From Minisyncoccota bacterium (lineage in GTDB: Bacteria > Patescibacteriota > Minisyncoccia > Moranbacterales > UBA1568), in NCBI GenBank assembly GCA_051306005.1, contig JBPPMJ010000003.1:249396-313395 (forward strand): a DNA stretch of 64,000 nt, given 5' to 3'. Each line of letters opens with the position of its first letter. Positions within the stretch are counted from its first letter, which is position 1. Made by a program: the position numbers and the translations under genes. Under the pieces are notes generated by a model, which saw nothing but the letters and a program-made list of their open reading frames with translations, was not told the origin of the DNA and did not search any database. This document shows positions 9,352-17,620 of this stretch, in pieces.

Positions 9352-10167
9352 ATGAAATATCAAGAGAGTAAGTTGGCTCATGCGTATCTTGATGGTTTAT
9401 GTGGTTTGGAGATTGGGGGAAGCGCACATAACTCATTTGGCCTCAATACCAGGAATGTTGATTATTCCGCTAGTACGAGTACGGCATTTAAACAAGAAGA
9501 AGTAGTGATGTGTGGTGATTTAATGCATGTAGATATTGTCGCTCCTGGGGATAATATACTCGTTCCTGATGAGAGTGAAGACTTTATTATAAACTCACAT
9601 GTCATAGAGCACTTTCCCGATCCCATTAAGGCACTGAAAGAATGGTATCGAATTGTAAAGCGAGGCGGTTACATCTATATTATTGCTCCACACAAAGAAA
9701 GAACATTTGATAAGAATCGATCGAGAACAACACTTCAGGAACTTATTGAAAGACATGAATCTACTGAAATTTCTAAAGTAGATCCCCATGTACACTACTC
9801 CGTTTGGATAACGGAAGATTTAGTGGAATTAATTACGTATCTTGGCTGGAAAATCTCGTTTGTTCAAGATATTGATGATAAAGTTGGCAATGGTTTTGTT
9901 GTTGTTATACAAAAAAATACACAGAGTAATTTAAATATTGATATAGATCTTCATTTGAAGCGTGATTTATTCGAGTATTCAGATATTTTATTTAAAGATG
10001 CTAAAAGTATTGAAAAAATAATAGGCAGAATTATAGCTGATTCTAAAAAACAACATGTGATGGAAAATTCAAAATTTTGGAAATTGCGAGGTATGTATTT
10101 ATCTTTCAAGGAATTTTTTATTGCAAATAGAAAAGATAAACCAAAATTTAGAGGGAAGAATATTTAG
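9352..10167 (+). CDS. Class I SAM-dependent methyltransferase-like protein
   Basis: It has LEIGGSAHN and DFIINSHVIEHFPDPIKALKEWYRIVKRGGYIYIIAP, a Methyltransf_11-like core. The C-terminal tail NSKFWKLRGMYLSFKEFF is paralogous to the preceding gene. Confidence 0.6.
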   Translation: MKYQESKLAHAYLDGLCGLEIGGSAHNSFGLNTRNVDYSASTSTAFKQEEVVMCGDLMHVDIVAPGDNILVPDESEDFIINSHVIEHFPDPIKALKEWYRIVKRGGYIYIIAPHKERTFDKNRSRTTLQELIERHESTEISKVDPHVHYSVWITEDLVELITYLGWKISFVQDIDDKVGNGFVVVIQKNTQSNLNIDIDLHLKRDLFEYSDILFKDAKSIEKIIGRIIADSKKQHVMENSKFWKLRGMYLSFKEFFIANRKDKPKFRGKNI

Positions 10168-10184
10168 TAAATAATGAGATAGCT

Positions 10185-11531
10185 ATGTCTAAAAAACGTC
10201 ACGCACAAATAAAAGAAGTGAAACGGCTTTGCAAAAAAGCAGTTACTGTTTTTAAAGAACAAGGAATGGGTATTTTATTCGAACGAACTAAATTTGAAAT
10301 CTCCAGACGACTATTCATAATAAAAACTGAGGGTGAAAAAACAAGAAAAACAAGTATCATACCTGTTCGAGAATTAATGCGAAATAAATTCATCAATACT
10401 CGACCCATTGATAATATAAGAGTAAAAAGAGGTTCTTTTCGCTTAAATATTGTTACTGATAGTTTACAAAAAGACAGTCTCTTCGGAGGAGTTGCTACGT
10501 CTTTGGTTTTAGCCACGCTTTTTGTAAATAAATATGATATGCCCTTGCGAATTATTACAAGGACAACTGGAGCAAATTCAAAAGCGTATATAACCTTTTT
10601 AGAGTTGATGAAAATAAAAAAACCAAAAGAAGTGGAGTTTTTTTCGGATTATGACTCAATGTACACAAAAAGTAACTTCAAGCTTGAGGTCTCTGAGATG
10701 GATATTTTTCTTGCTACATCTTGGTGGACAGCTGAAGCTGTGCGAAGCGTTAATTTAAGGGAGAAATTTTTCTATATCCTGCAAGAGGTTGAAACTTTCT
10801 TTTATCCAAATGGTGATGAACAATACCGCTGTGAAAGTATATTGAAGAGTCATGATATACATTTTATTCTTAATTCTAAATTGCTCAGTGATTATTATAA
10901 GAACAATAATTTTGAACAAGTAAACAACAACAGTGTATATTTTGAGCCAGCTTTTCCGATTACCATTTATTCACCGTATAGAGTTGTATCAAAACAGAAA
11001 TCTAAATATAAATTATTTTTTTATTCAAGACCAAATAATACTAGAAATCTTTATTTCACGGGTTTGAGGATCCTTGATGAGGCTCTATTGAGAGGAATTA
11101 TACAATCAGATGAATGGGAAATTTGTTTTGCTGGAGCGTCTGTTGATAATATTGAATTTTCAACAGGTGTAAAACCAGTAATGTGTGGCCATATGAAATG
11201 GGAAGAATATGTTGATTTTCTTAAAACAGTGGATCTTGCTTTCTGTTTAATGTTTACTCCACACCCAAGCTATCCGCCCTTGGACGTTGCTAGTTCAGGA
11301 GGGATTGTTCTTACTAATAAGTTTGCCAATAAGAAAACTCTTGATAATTACTCTAAGAATATTATCTGTGAAGATTTAGATATCGAGTCTATGATGAGAG
11401 GGTTTAAAAGAGCCGTCATTTTGGCAAAGAATCATGAAATAAGAACAAAAAATTATACAGAAAATACTATAGATAAAGATTGGAATGCCACGTTTGAGCA
11501 TGTCTTTGATTTTATGAATAACAAAAAATAG
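10185..11531 (+). CDS. Putative glycosyltransferase (unassigned family; resembles WsaF-like GT-B enzymes)
   Basis: At about 448 aa it has no TM segment and has an alternating alpha/beta pattern. The segment KYKLFFYSRPNNTRNLYFTGLRILDEAL looks like a GT-B N-domain. The low-GC context sits between methyltransferases and another GT. I have no decisive motif for family assignment. Confidence 0.35.
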   Translation: MSKKRHAQIKEVKRLCKKAVTVFKEQGMGILFERTKFEISRRLFIIKTEGEKTRKTSIIPVRELMRNKFINTRPIDNIRVKRGSFRLNIVTDSLQKDSLFGGVATSLVLATLFVNKYDMPLRIITRTTGANSKAYITFLELMKIKKPKEVEFFSDYDSMYTKSNFKLEVSEMDIFLATSWWTAEAVRSVNLREKFFYILQEVETFFYPNGDEQYRCESILKSHDIHFILNSKLLSDYYKNNNFEQVNNNSVYFEPAFPITIYSPYRVVSKQKSKYKLFFYSRPNNTRNLYFTGLRILDEALLRGIIQSDEWEICFAGASVDNIEFSTGVKPVMCGHMKWEEYVDFLKTVDLAFCLMFTPHPSYPPLDVASSGGIVLTNKFANKKTLDNYSKNIICEDLDIESMMRGFKRAVILAKNHEIRTKNYTENTIDKDWNATFEHVFDFMNNKK

Positions 11532-11543
11532 AATAATCTTGTT

Positions 11544-12740
11544 ATGTATAATTTTGAAAATTCTAAAATTACTCAAGAAGTTAATCCGTGGAATACAAGA
11601 ATTGAAAAGAGGTTATCAATTCTTGTAAATAATTCTTCGCGAAAAAAGGTTGTTTATATTTATGAGGCAGCTGATACGAGTACATTTCGGTATAGGGCAT
11701 ATAATATGTGCCAATCATTATCCTATAGTAATAAGTACGAGGGGGTGTTCTTTTTTGAAGAAGAATTGGATATTATTTTTCAGTATCTTGATTATGCAAG
11801 TATAGTTATTTTTGTAAGGACTCGTTGGTCTGAATCAGTGGCTAATTTCTTTTATATAGTTAAGAAAAGGGGAATACCAACGCTTTTTGACTCTGACGAC
11901 TTGGTATTTGACCTTGAGTCATTGCCATTGCTCATGAACACCTTGGGGATAGACTTGAGTCGATCTGAGAATTATAGCCACTGGTTTTCTTATGTATCAC
12001 GCTTATGGCTCATGGGGAGTATGTGCGATGGATACATCGGGACAAATGAATTTTTAAAAAATAGGATGGAAACTATTTTTAATAAGCCCGCATTTGTGGT
12101 GAATAATTTTCTTAATAACGAGCAGTTAGAGGCATCTATGGAGATTTTTAATAAAAAGAAAAGCCTGACAAATTCGGAACCATTTACAATAGGGTACTTT
12201 AGCGGATCACCTTCTCATGTCAATGACTTTAAAAAAGTGGCGTCTGAAATAAAGGATCTCATGGATACATATGATGACATCCAATTAAGTGTTACTGGTT
12301 TTATGGAATTTCCAAGCTATCTAAAAGAGCATATTAAGTCTGGAAGGATTACATATACGAGCCTTGTGGATTTTTTGACACTACAGGTAAAGATAGCGAG
12401 TGTGGATGTTAATATCGTACCACTTGTGGTCAATGAATTTACTAACTGTAAATCAGAGCTGAAATTTTTTGAAGCTGCGATTGTAGGCACTGTTACTTGT
12501 GCGTCACCAATTTATTCTTACAAAGATAGTATCCAGGATAATAAAACTGGGTTTTTGTGTATGGATGGTGAGTGGTTTGTGGCGATTGAGAATATCTATA
12601 AAAAAAGAATAAGCGATGATATGGTGGCATTAGCGAATGAGTATTGTTTAGAACGGTATTCTCCAAATAAATCAGCCCAGATTCTAGAAGATATTTTTGA
12701 TATTATTTTATCAAAAATACTAATAATGAGAGATAACTGA
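11544..12740 (+). CDS. Putative GT-B fold glycosyltransferase
   Basis: The C-terminal region ELKFFEAAIVGTVTCASPIYSYKDSIQDNKTGFL resembles the GT4 E-x7-E nucleotide-sugar binding helix. There is no TM segment. Confidence 0.4.
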   Translation: MYNFENSKITQEVNPWNTRIEKRLSILVNNSSRKKVVYIYEAADTSTFRYRAYNMCQSLSYSNKYEGVFFFEEELDIIFQYLDYASIVIFVRTRWSESVANFFYIVKKRGIPTLFDSDDLVFDLESLPLLMNTLGIDLSRSENYSHWFSYVSRLWLMGSMCDGYIGTNEFLKNRMETIFNKPAFVVNNFLNNEQLEASMEIFNKKKSLTNSEPFTIGYFSGSPSHVNDFKKVASEIKDLMDTYDDIQLSVTGFMEFPSYLKEHIKSGRITYTSLVDFLTLQVKIASVDVNIVPLVVNEFTNCKSELKFFEAAIVGTVTCASPIYSYKDSIQDNKTGFLCMDGEWFVAIENIYKKRISDDMVALANEYCLERYSPNKSAQILEDIFDIILSKILIMRDN

Positions 12741-12764
12741 AAGCTTCTGATTCGAATAACTCTA

Positions 12765-13261
12765 ACGATAGACTGTAAAATCTGATATCGTAAACTCCTC
12801 AGCTCGGTCTGTCGGGTCGATTCTTAGCTCAATGAGTTTTTGTCCCAACTTTTTCTCGAGAAGATCAAAATTAATGAGCACATGATCAGATTTTGTATTA
12901 TCTGCGTATTTTTCGCTATACCAACCAATTGCAGGCTCACTTGCGAAGGAATAGTAGAGCCTGGCAAGTCCTGTTCTTCCTGATATGTTAAATTTTAAGC
13001 CCTTAAGCCCATCAGTATTAATGATGATTTGTGCGAATCGTTTGATGTTGAGATTAAAGTGTTATGATCACTTTCTTGGATATTGATAGTATTCTTCTCT
13101 GGTAACGTAAAGGAGATAGTCAAAAATTGTATAGAAGTGTCCGCCTGTTTTTCTATTATAAAATCTGTATTTCGATAAATCCGACGCCACCAGTTACGAG
13201 GATATTCATAGAACGTGTGAGAAAAAAATATCGTTATCATCAATTGTATTTTCCTCGCCAA
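12765..13261 (-). pseudogene. Frameshifted gene remnant of unknown family
   Basis: Two minus-strand frames are open and protein-like. One is the 88-aa ORF 12995..13261 (…FYEYPRNWWRRIYRNTDFIIEK…). The other is a 99-codon stop-free stretch at 12765..13061 with no ATG: …NIKRFAQIIINTDGLKGLKFNISGRTGLARLYYSFASEPAIGWYSEKYADNTKSDHVLINFDLLEKKLGQKLIELRIDPTDRAEEFTISDFTVYR*. The two frames overlap at 12995-13061. The remnant lies at the right edge of the low-GC cassette. Confidence 0.35.
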
Positions 13262-13977
13262 TCATTCAAGCGGATTTTGAGGAGAGCAAAAAACATATTG
13301 ATAGGGTCTCGGAGGATACTCACATTGGTATTGCGAAGGTCTCGAAGAATAGTGACTGGGAGCGTGGTGATACGAGTGTGTAATCGTCGCGCGAGAAATA
13401 TCAGCTCGGCGTCAAAGGCAAAACGCTGAACGGTGATTTTGGAAAAGAGTGCTAGCGCTGTTTCACGGCGGAAAAGCTTGAAACCACACTGTGTATCGGG
13501 ATATCGCACGTTGTTGAGGATGAGCGCTTGGAGCAGGTAGAAACCTCTGGCAAAAATAATCCGATACCAGGAAATGGGTTCATGAAATTTGGATCCACCG
13601 ATGAGTCGTGAGGCAATAACCATGTCTGATGTATCCAGAGCCGTGAGGAAACGGCCGAGTTCGGTGATGGCGATGGTGAGATCGGCATCCAAAAAGAGGA
13701 TAGGATCGTACTGTGAAGCGAGGACACCAGCTTTGACGGCAGAGCCTTTGCCTTGATTGACGGGAAAAGTGATGAGTACCAACGGGATTTCCGCGTGTTC
13801 TTTTTGGAGTTTTTTGACAATTTGATGAGTATGGTCTGGACTGCCATCGACGACAACGATGATTTCATAGCGGTCAAAGTGAGCGGTCAGGTAGCGTGCC
13901 ACAATCAGGATGTTGGTCGTGATGACGTCCGCTTCCTTGTAACAGGGGAGAATAACGGAGATTTCAGGATAGGTCAT
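13240..13977 (-). CDS. GT2-family glycosyltransferase (soluble DPM1/dolichol-phosphate-mannose synthase-like)
   Basis: The N-terminal half is ISVILPCYKEADVI…YEIIVVVDGSPDHT…NQGKGSAVKAGV…ILFLDADL. The likely start is the ATG at 13975-13977 (MTYPEIS). The track ORF extends further, to 14019. Confidence 0.8.
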   Translation of the reverse strand: MTYPEISVILPCYKEADVITTNILIVARYLTAHFDRYEIIVVVDGSPDHTHQIVKKLQKEHAEIPLVLITFPVNQGKGSAVKAGVLASQYDPILFLDADLTIAITELGRFLTALDTSDMVIASRLIGGSKFHEPISWYRIIFARGFYLLQALILNNVRYPDTQCGFKLFRRETALALFSKITVQRFAFDAELIFLARRLHTRITTLPVTILRDLRNTNVSILRDPINMFFALLKIRLNDWRGKYN

Positions 13978-14097
13978 AGAAGGGATAGTAAGAAATACAG
14001 GTATAGTATAGCATATCAAGAGATGGCTTTGCAGTTGTCTATTGGGGGTGAGTACGGTATACTGGAGGCATGTTTAATTTAATAGGTATTTTAGTAT

Positions 14098-15039
14098 ATG
14101 GAATCGACGAGTCCATTTTTATCCGTTATTGTGCCGTTATACAATGAGGCTGGTAATGTGATTGAGTTGCATCGTAAAATTCACACGGCGATGCAAAAAA
14201 TAGGGAAGTCTTTTGAAATTATTTTTATTGATGATGGTTCGACGGATACGACATTTGAAGAGACACGGAACCTCTCTCCGCTCACATTGATTGTGTTTCG
14301 CAAGAATTTTGGACAGACAGCGGCTTTTGATGCGGGTATCAAACAGGCGCAAGGGAATATTATTATCACGCTGGATGGTGATTTACAGAATGATCCGGCG
14401 GATATTCCGTTGTTGCTTGCCAAGATGGACGAGGGATATGACATCGTGTCTGGTTGGCGCTATAAGCGTCAAGATCCTTTGAGCAAGAAAATCCCGTCAC
14501 GTATTGCCAATATTTTGCGTAAAATGCTCATTCACGATAATATTCATGATTCAGGGTGCAGTCTCAAAGCCTATAAGCGAGAATGTTTCCGCGATGTGGA
14601 TCTGTTTGGTGAGATGCATCGTTTCATTCCTGCTATTTTGCAATTGGATGGCTATCGGGTTGGCGAGGTCAAGGTCTCTCATCATCCGCGTGTGCACGGT
14701 GTGACCAAGTACAATTGGAAACGCGGGTTCAAAGGTTTGGTGGATATGATTTCCATCTGGTTTTGGCGCAAGTATTCGTATCGTCCTTTGCATCTCTTTG
14801 GCGCGAGTGGCATATTGCTCTCCAGTATCGGTGGATTGATACTGCTTTGGATGATTGTAGAAAAGTTTTATTTCAATGCGTCTCTTGCGGATCGGATTTG
14901 GCCGTTGATCGGCATTTTCTTTCTCTTGGTGGGTATGCAACTTTTTGTTTCGGGTCTTTTGGCGGATATCGCTGTCCGAAGCTATTATCAAGTGCATCAA
15001 CGGATGAATTATACGATTCGTGAGACACGAAAACAATAA
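14098..15039 (+). CDS. Polyprenyl-phosphate glycosyltransferase (GT2; GtrB/ArnC-like, with two C-terminal TM helices)
   Basis: The GT2 core is LSVIVPLYNEAGNV…FEIIFIDDGSTDTT…NFGQTAAFDAGI…IITLDGDLQNDP. The C-terminus has two hydrophobic helices (LFGASGILLSSIGGLILLWMIV and IWPLIGIFFLLVGMQLFVSGLL), as in bactoprenol glucosyltransferase GtrB and ArnC. Confidence 0.85.
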   Translation: MESTSPFLSVIVPLYNEAGNVIELHRKIHTAMQKIGKSFEIIFIDDGSTDTTFEETRNLSPLTLIVFRKNFGQTAAFDAGIKQAQGNIIITLDGDLQNDPADIPLLLAKMDEGYDIVSGWRYKRQDPLSKKIPSRIANILRKMLIHDNIHDSGCSLKAYKRECFRDVDLFGEMHRFIPAILQLDGYRVGEVKVSHHPRVHGVTKYNWKRGFKGLVDMISIWFWRKYSYRPLHLFGASGILLSSIGGLILLWMIVEKFYFNASLADRIWPLIGIFFLLVGMQLFVSGLLADIAVRSYYQVHQRMNYTIRETRKQ

Positions 15040-15054
15040 ACAAGAATAAAATTT

Positions 15055-16362
15055 ATGAAATTGGCGTTTATCGGTACGGGGTATGTGGGATTGGTATCGG
15101 GAGTATGTATGGCAGAGTTGGGACATACGGTCATCTGCGCTGATAGAGACAAGAACAAAATTGCAAAACTGAAGAAGGGTGTGATGCCGATTTATGAATT
15201 GGGATTGGAGGAGCTTGTTGCCAAAAATGTCTCTGAAGGACGCTTATCTTTTACAACGTCGGTCGGTAAAGCAATCAAGTATGTTGATGTTGTATTTAGC
15301 GCAGTTGGAACGCCCGAAGATCCCAAGACTGGCAAAGCGGATATGCAATATGTCATTGCGGTGGCCAATATGTTTGCCAAGCATCTCAATGGATACAAAA
15401 TTCTTGTTAATAAGTCTACAGTGCCAGTGGGGACGGCGGATCAGTGTCGGGATATCATCTTGCACACGGGTAATAGTAAGTATGAGTTTGATGTGGTGTC
15501 CAATCCAGAATTTTTGCGCGAGGGGGCAGCGATCAAGGATTTTCTCAATCCTGATCGTGTCGTTGTTGGCGTATCATCTGATCGTGCCAGAGTGATCATG
15601 GAAAAAATTTATCGACCGATTACTCGTTCTGGCCGTCCAGTCATCGTGACCGATATCCGTAGTGCCGAATTGATCAAGTATGCTTCCAATGCTTTTCTTG
15701 CTACCAAGATTGCGTTTATCAATGAGATTGCTAATTTCTGTGAGAAGGCAGGTGCCAATGTAAAAGAAGTGGCACGGGGCATGGGAGCGGACAGTCGTAT
15801 CGGGTCGCGTTTTCTCTATGCTGGTATCGGGTACGGTGGGTCGTGTTTCCCCAAGGATGTCCAGGCGTTGTTGCAAACCGGCAAAGAATACGGACATGAG
15901 TTTCAAATTATTCAGGCGGTGGATCGTTCCAATGATATGCAAAAGATGCTTCCGATGAATTTTTTGAAGGGACACTTCAAGCGTTTAAAAGGTAAGACAA
16001 TCGCAGTGTGGGGATTGTCGTTCAAACCGCGGACTGATGATGTACGTGAAGCACCAGCTTTGTATGTCATCACGTCTCTTCTCAAGGCAGGCGCTCATGT
16101 CCAAGTATTTGATCCTGTGGCGATGGAAAGTTTTTGTCGTGTCTTGCCAGACAAGCGTATTCAATATATGCAGAGTGCATACGAGGCGGTCCAGGATGCA
16201 TCGGCATTGCTTGTGATGACCGAATGGGATGAGTTTCGTACGATAGAGTATGCGGAACTTTTGTCACGGATGCGAGAGCGAGTCATTATTGATGGACGCA
16301 ACATCTTTGAACGACGTGAAGCCGAGGCAGAAGGCTTCCTCTATTTTGGCATCGGCACATAG
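15055..16362 (+). CDS. ugd: UDP-glucose 6-dehydrogenase
   Basis: The NAD-binding N-terminus is MKLAFIGTGYVGLVSG. The catalytic Cys region is GYGGSCFPKDVQAL. The C-terminal UDP-binding domain has KGKTIAVWGLSFKPRTDDVRE. Confidence 0.85.
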   Translation: MKLAFIGTGYVGLVSGVCMAELGHTVICADRDKNKIAKLKKGVMPIYELGLEELVAKNVSEGRLSFTTSVGKAIKYVDVVFSAVGTPEDPKTGKADMQYVIAVANMFAKHLNGYKILVNKSTVPVGTADQCRDIILHTGNSKYEFDVVSNPEFLREGAAIKDFLNPDRVVVGVSSDRARVIMEKIYRPITRSGRPVIVTDIRSAELIKYASNAFLATKIAFINEIANFCEKAGANVKEVARGMGADSRIGSRFLYAGIGYGGSCFPKDVQALLQTGKEYGHEFQIIQAVDRSNDMQKMLPMNFLKGHFKRLKGKTIAVWGLSFKPRTDDVREAPALYVITSLLKAGAHVQVFDPVAMESFCRVLPDKRIQYMQSAYEAVQDASALLVMTEWDEFRTIEYAELLSRMRERVIIDGRNIFERREAEAEGFLYFGIGT

Positions 16363-16429
16363 GATACGTTGTTATCGAGAAAGTGTGCAACTGATGTAAT
16401 CACCCAAATAAATGTCAGATTGGCTATAA

Positions 16430-17620
16430 GTGTCTATGAAAATCTTGTTTCTCAATTATGAATATCCTCCGCTCGGAGGTGGTGCAGGTAATGCGACGGA
16501 GTATCTGCTTAGAGAATATGCTTTGATGCCTGATATGGAAGTGCACCTTGTTACGTCATCGGTGGATGACGCATATCATCAGACTGTGATAGGCGGACAG
16601 GTGACAGTGCATACGGTGCCGATTGGCAAAAATCCGAAGACACTTCATTTTCAGTCTACCAAAGATTTACTCCGTTATTCTTGGGCAGGGTATCATTTGG
16701 CGCAGACGTTGTTGCGAGAAGGCAATTTTGATATCATACATGCGTTTTTTGGCATACCATGTGGGGTGCAGGCGTATTTGCTGGGTCGACGTTTCCGCAT
16801 ACCTTATATTGTTTCTTTGCGTGGTGCGGATGTGCCTGGTTTCAGTGAACGATTCAGTTCTCTGGAGTTTGTTTTACGCCCGCTTATTCGGTTTGTCTGG
16901 CGTAGAGCCAGTGCGGTTGTGGCAGTCAGCCAGGGGATGCAGGCATTGGCACGAGAGACGAGTCCCAATCAGGAGATGAGTGTTATTCCCAATGGTATTG
17001 ATATACGGGATTTCATCATGAGTCCTGGGAGTACGGATGGTGTCTTGCGTCTCATTTCTACATCACGTCTGACTCCGCGTAAGGGATTGCACTACTTGAT
17101 AACCGCGATCAAGATATTGCGTGAACAATACGCGATAACGGCGGTAGAAGTACTTTGTATCGGTGATGGACACGAGCGTGCTCAGTTGGAACGACAGGCG
17201 CGAGAGATGGGGACGGCGGAGCAGATACGCTTCATCGGACGTGTTCCACATACGCAATTGGGAGAGTGGTATGCGCAGGCGGATGTTTTTGTTCTGCCTT
17301 CTCTGAATGAGGGGATGAGCAACGCGATGTTGGAAGCTCTTGCGTCTGGTTTGCCACTGCTTGTGACTCGGACTGGCGGTGCCGAAGAAGTGCTGGAGGA
17401 AGGAAAAAATGGTTTTGCCTTGGAAATGCACTCAGCGCAATCTATTGCTGATCAGGTGAAGCGTCTCATAGGTGATCCCGTACTTCGTCGACAGATGGCA
17501 CAGGCGAGTCGTGCCAAAGCAGAAACATTGACCTGGCAATGTGTCGCGCGCGCCTATCGTGCACAGTATGAGATGGCCATCATACCAGTAGCTCAAGAGT
17601 CATCATCTACTCCCGTATGA
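16430..17620 (+). CDS. GT4-family glycosyltransferase
   Basis: It has ILFLNYEYPPLGGGAGN and EGMSNAMLEALASGLPLLVTRTGGAEEVLEEGKNGFAL. The track start is GTG at 16430; an ATG lies at 16436. Confidence 0.85.
   Translation: MSMKILFLNYEYPPLGGGAGNATEYLLREYALMPDMEVHLVTSSVDDAYHQTVIGGQVTVHTVPIGKNPKTLHFQSTKDLLRYSWAGYHLAQTLLREGNFDIIHAFFGIPCGVQAYLLGRRFRIPYIVSLRGADVPGFSERFSSLEFVLRPLIRFVWRRASAVVAVSQGMQALARETSPNQEMSVIPNGIDIRDFIMSPGSTDGVLRLISTSRLTPRKGLHYLITAIKILREQYAITAVEVLCIGDGHERAQLERQAREMGTAEQIRFIGRVPHTQLGEWYAQADVFVLPSLNEGMSNAMLEALASGLPLLVTRTGGAEEVLEEGKNGFALEMHSAQSIADQVKRLIGDPVLRRQMAQASRAKAETLTWQCVARAYRAQYEMAIIPVAQESSSTPV

Noticed and set aside
12995-13429. Treating 12995..13261 (minus) and 13127..13429 (plus) as independent small genes.
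   Set aside because: The minus ORF joins a second stop-free frame, giving a frameshifted remnant. The plus ORF is Arg/Ile-rich low complexity, antisense to the remnant and to the GT2 gene.
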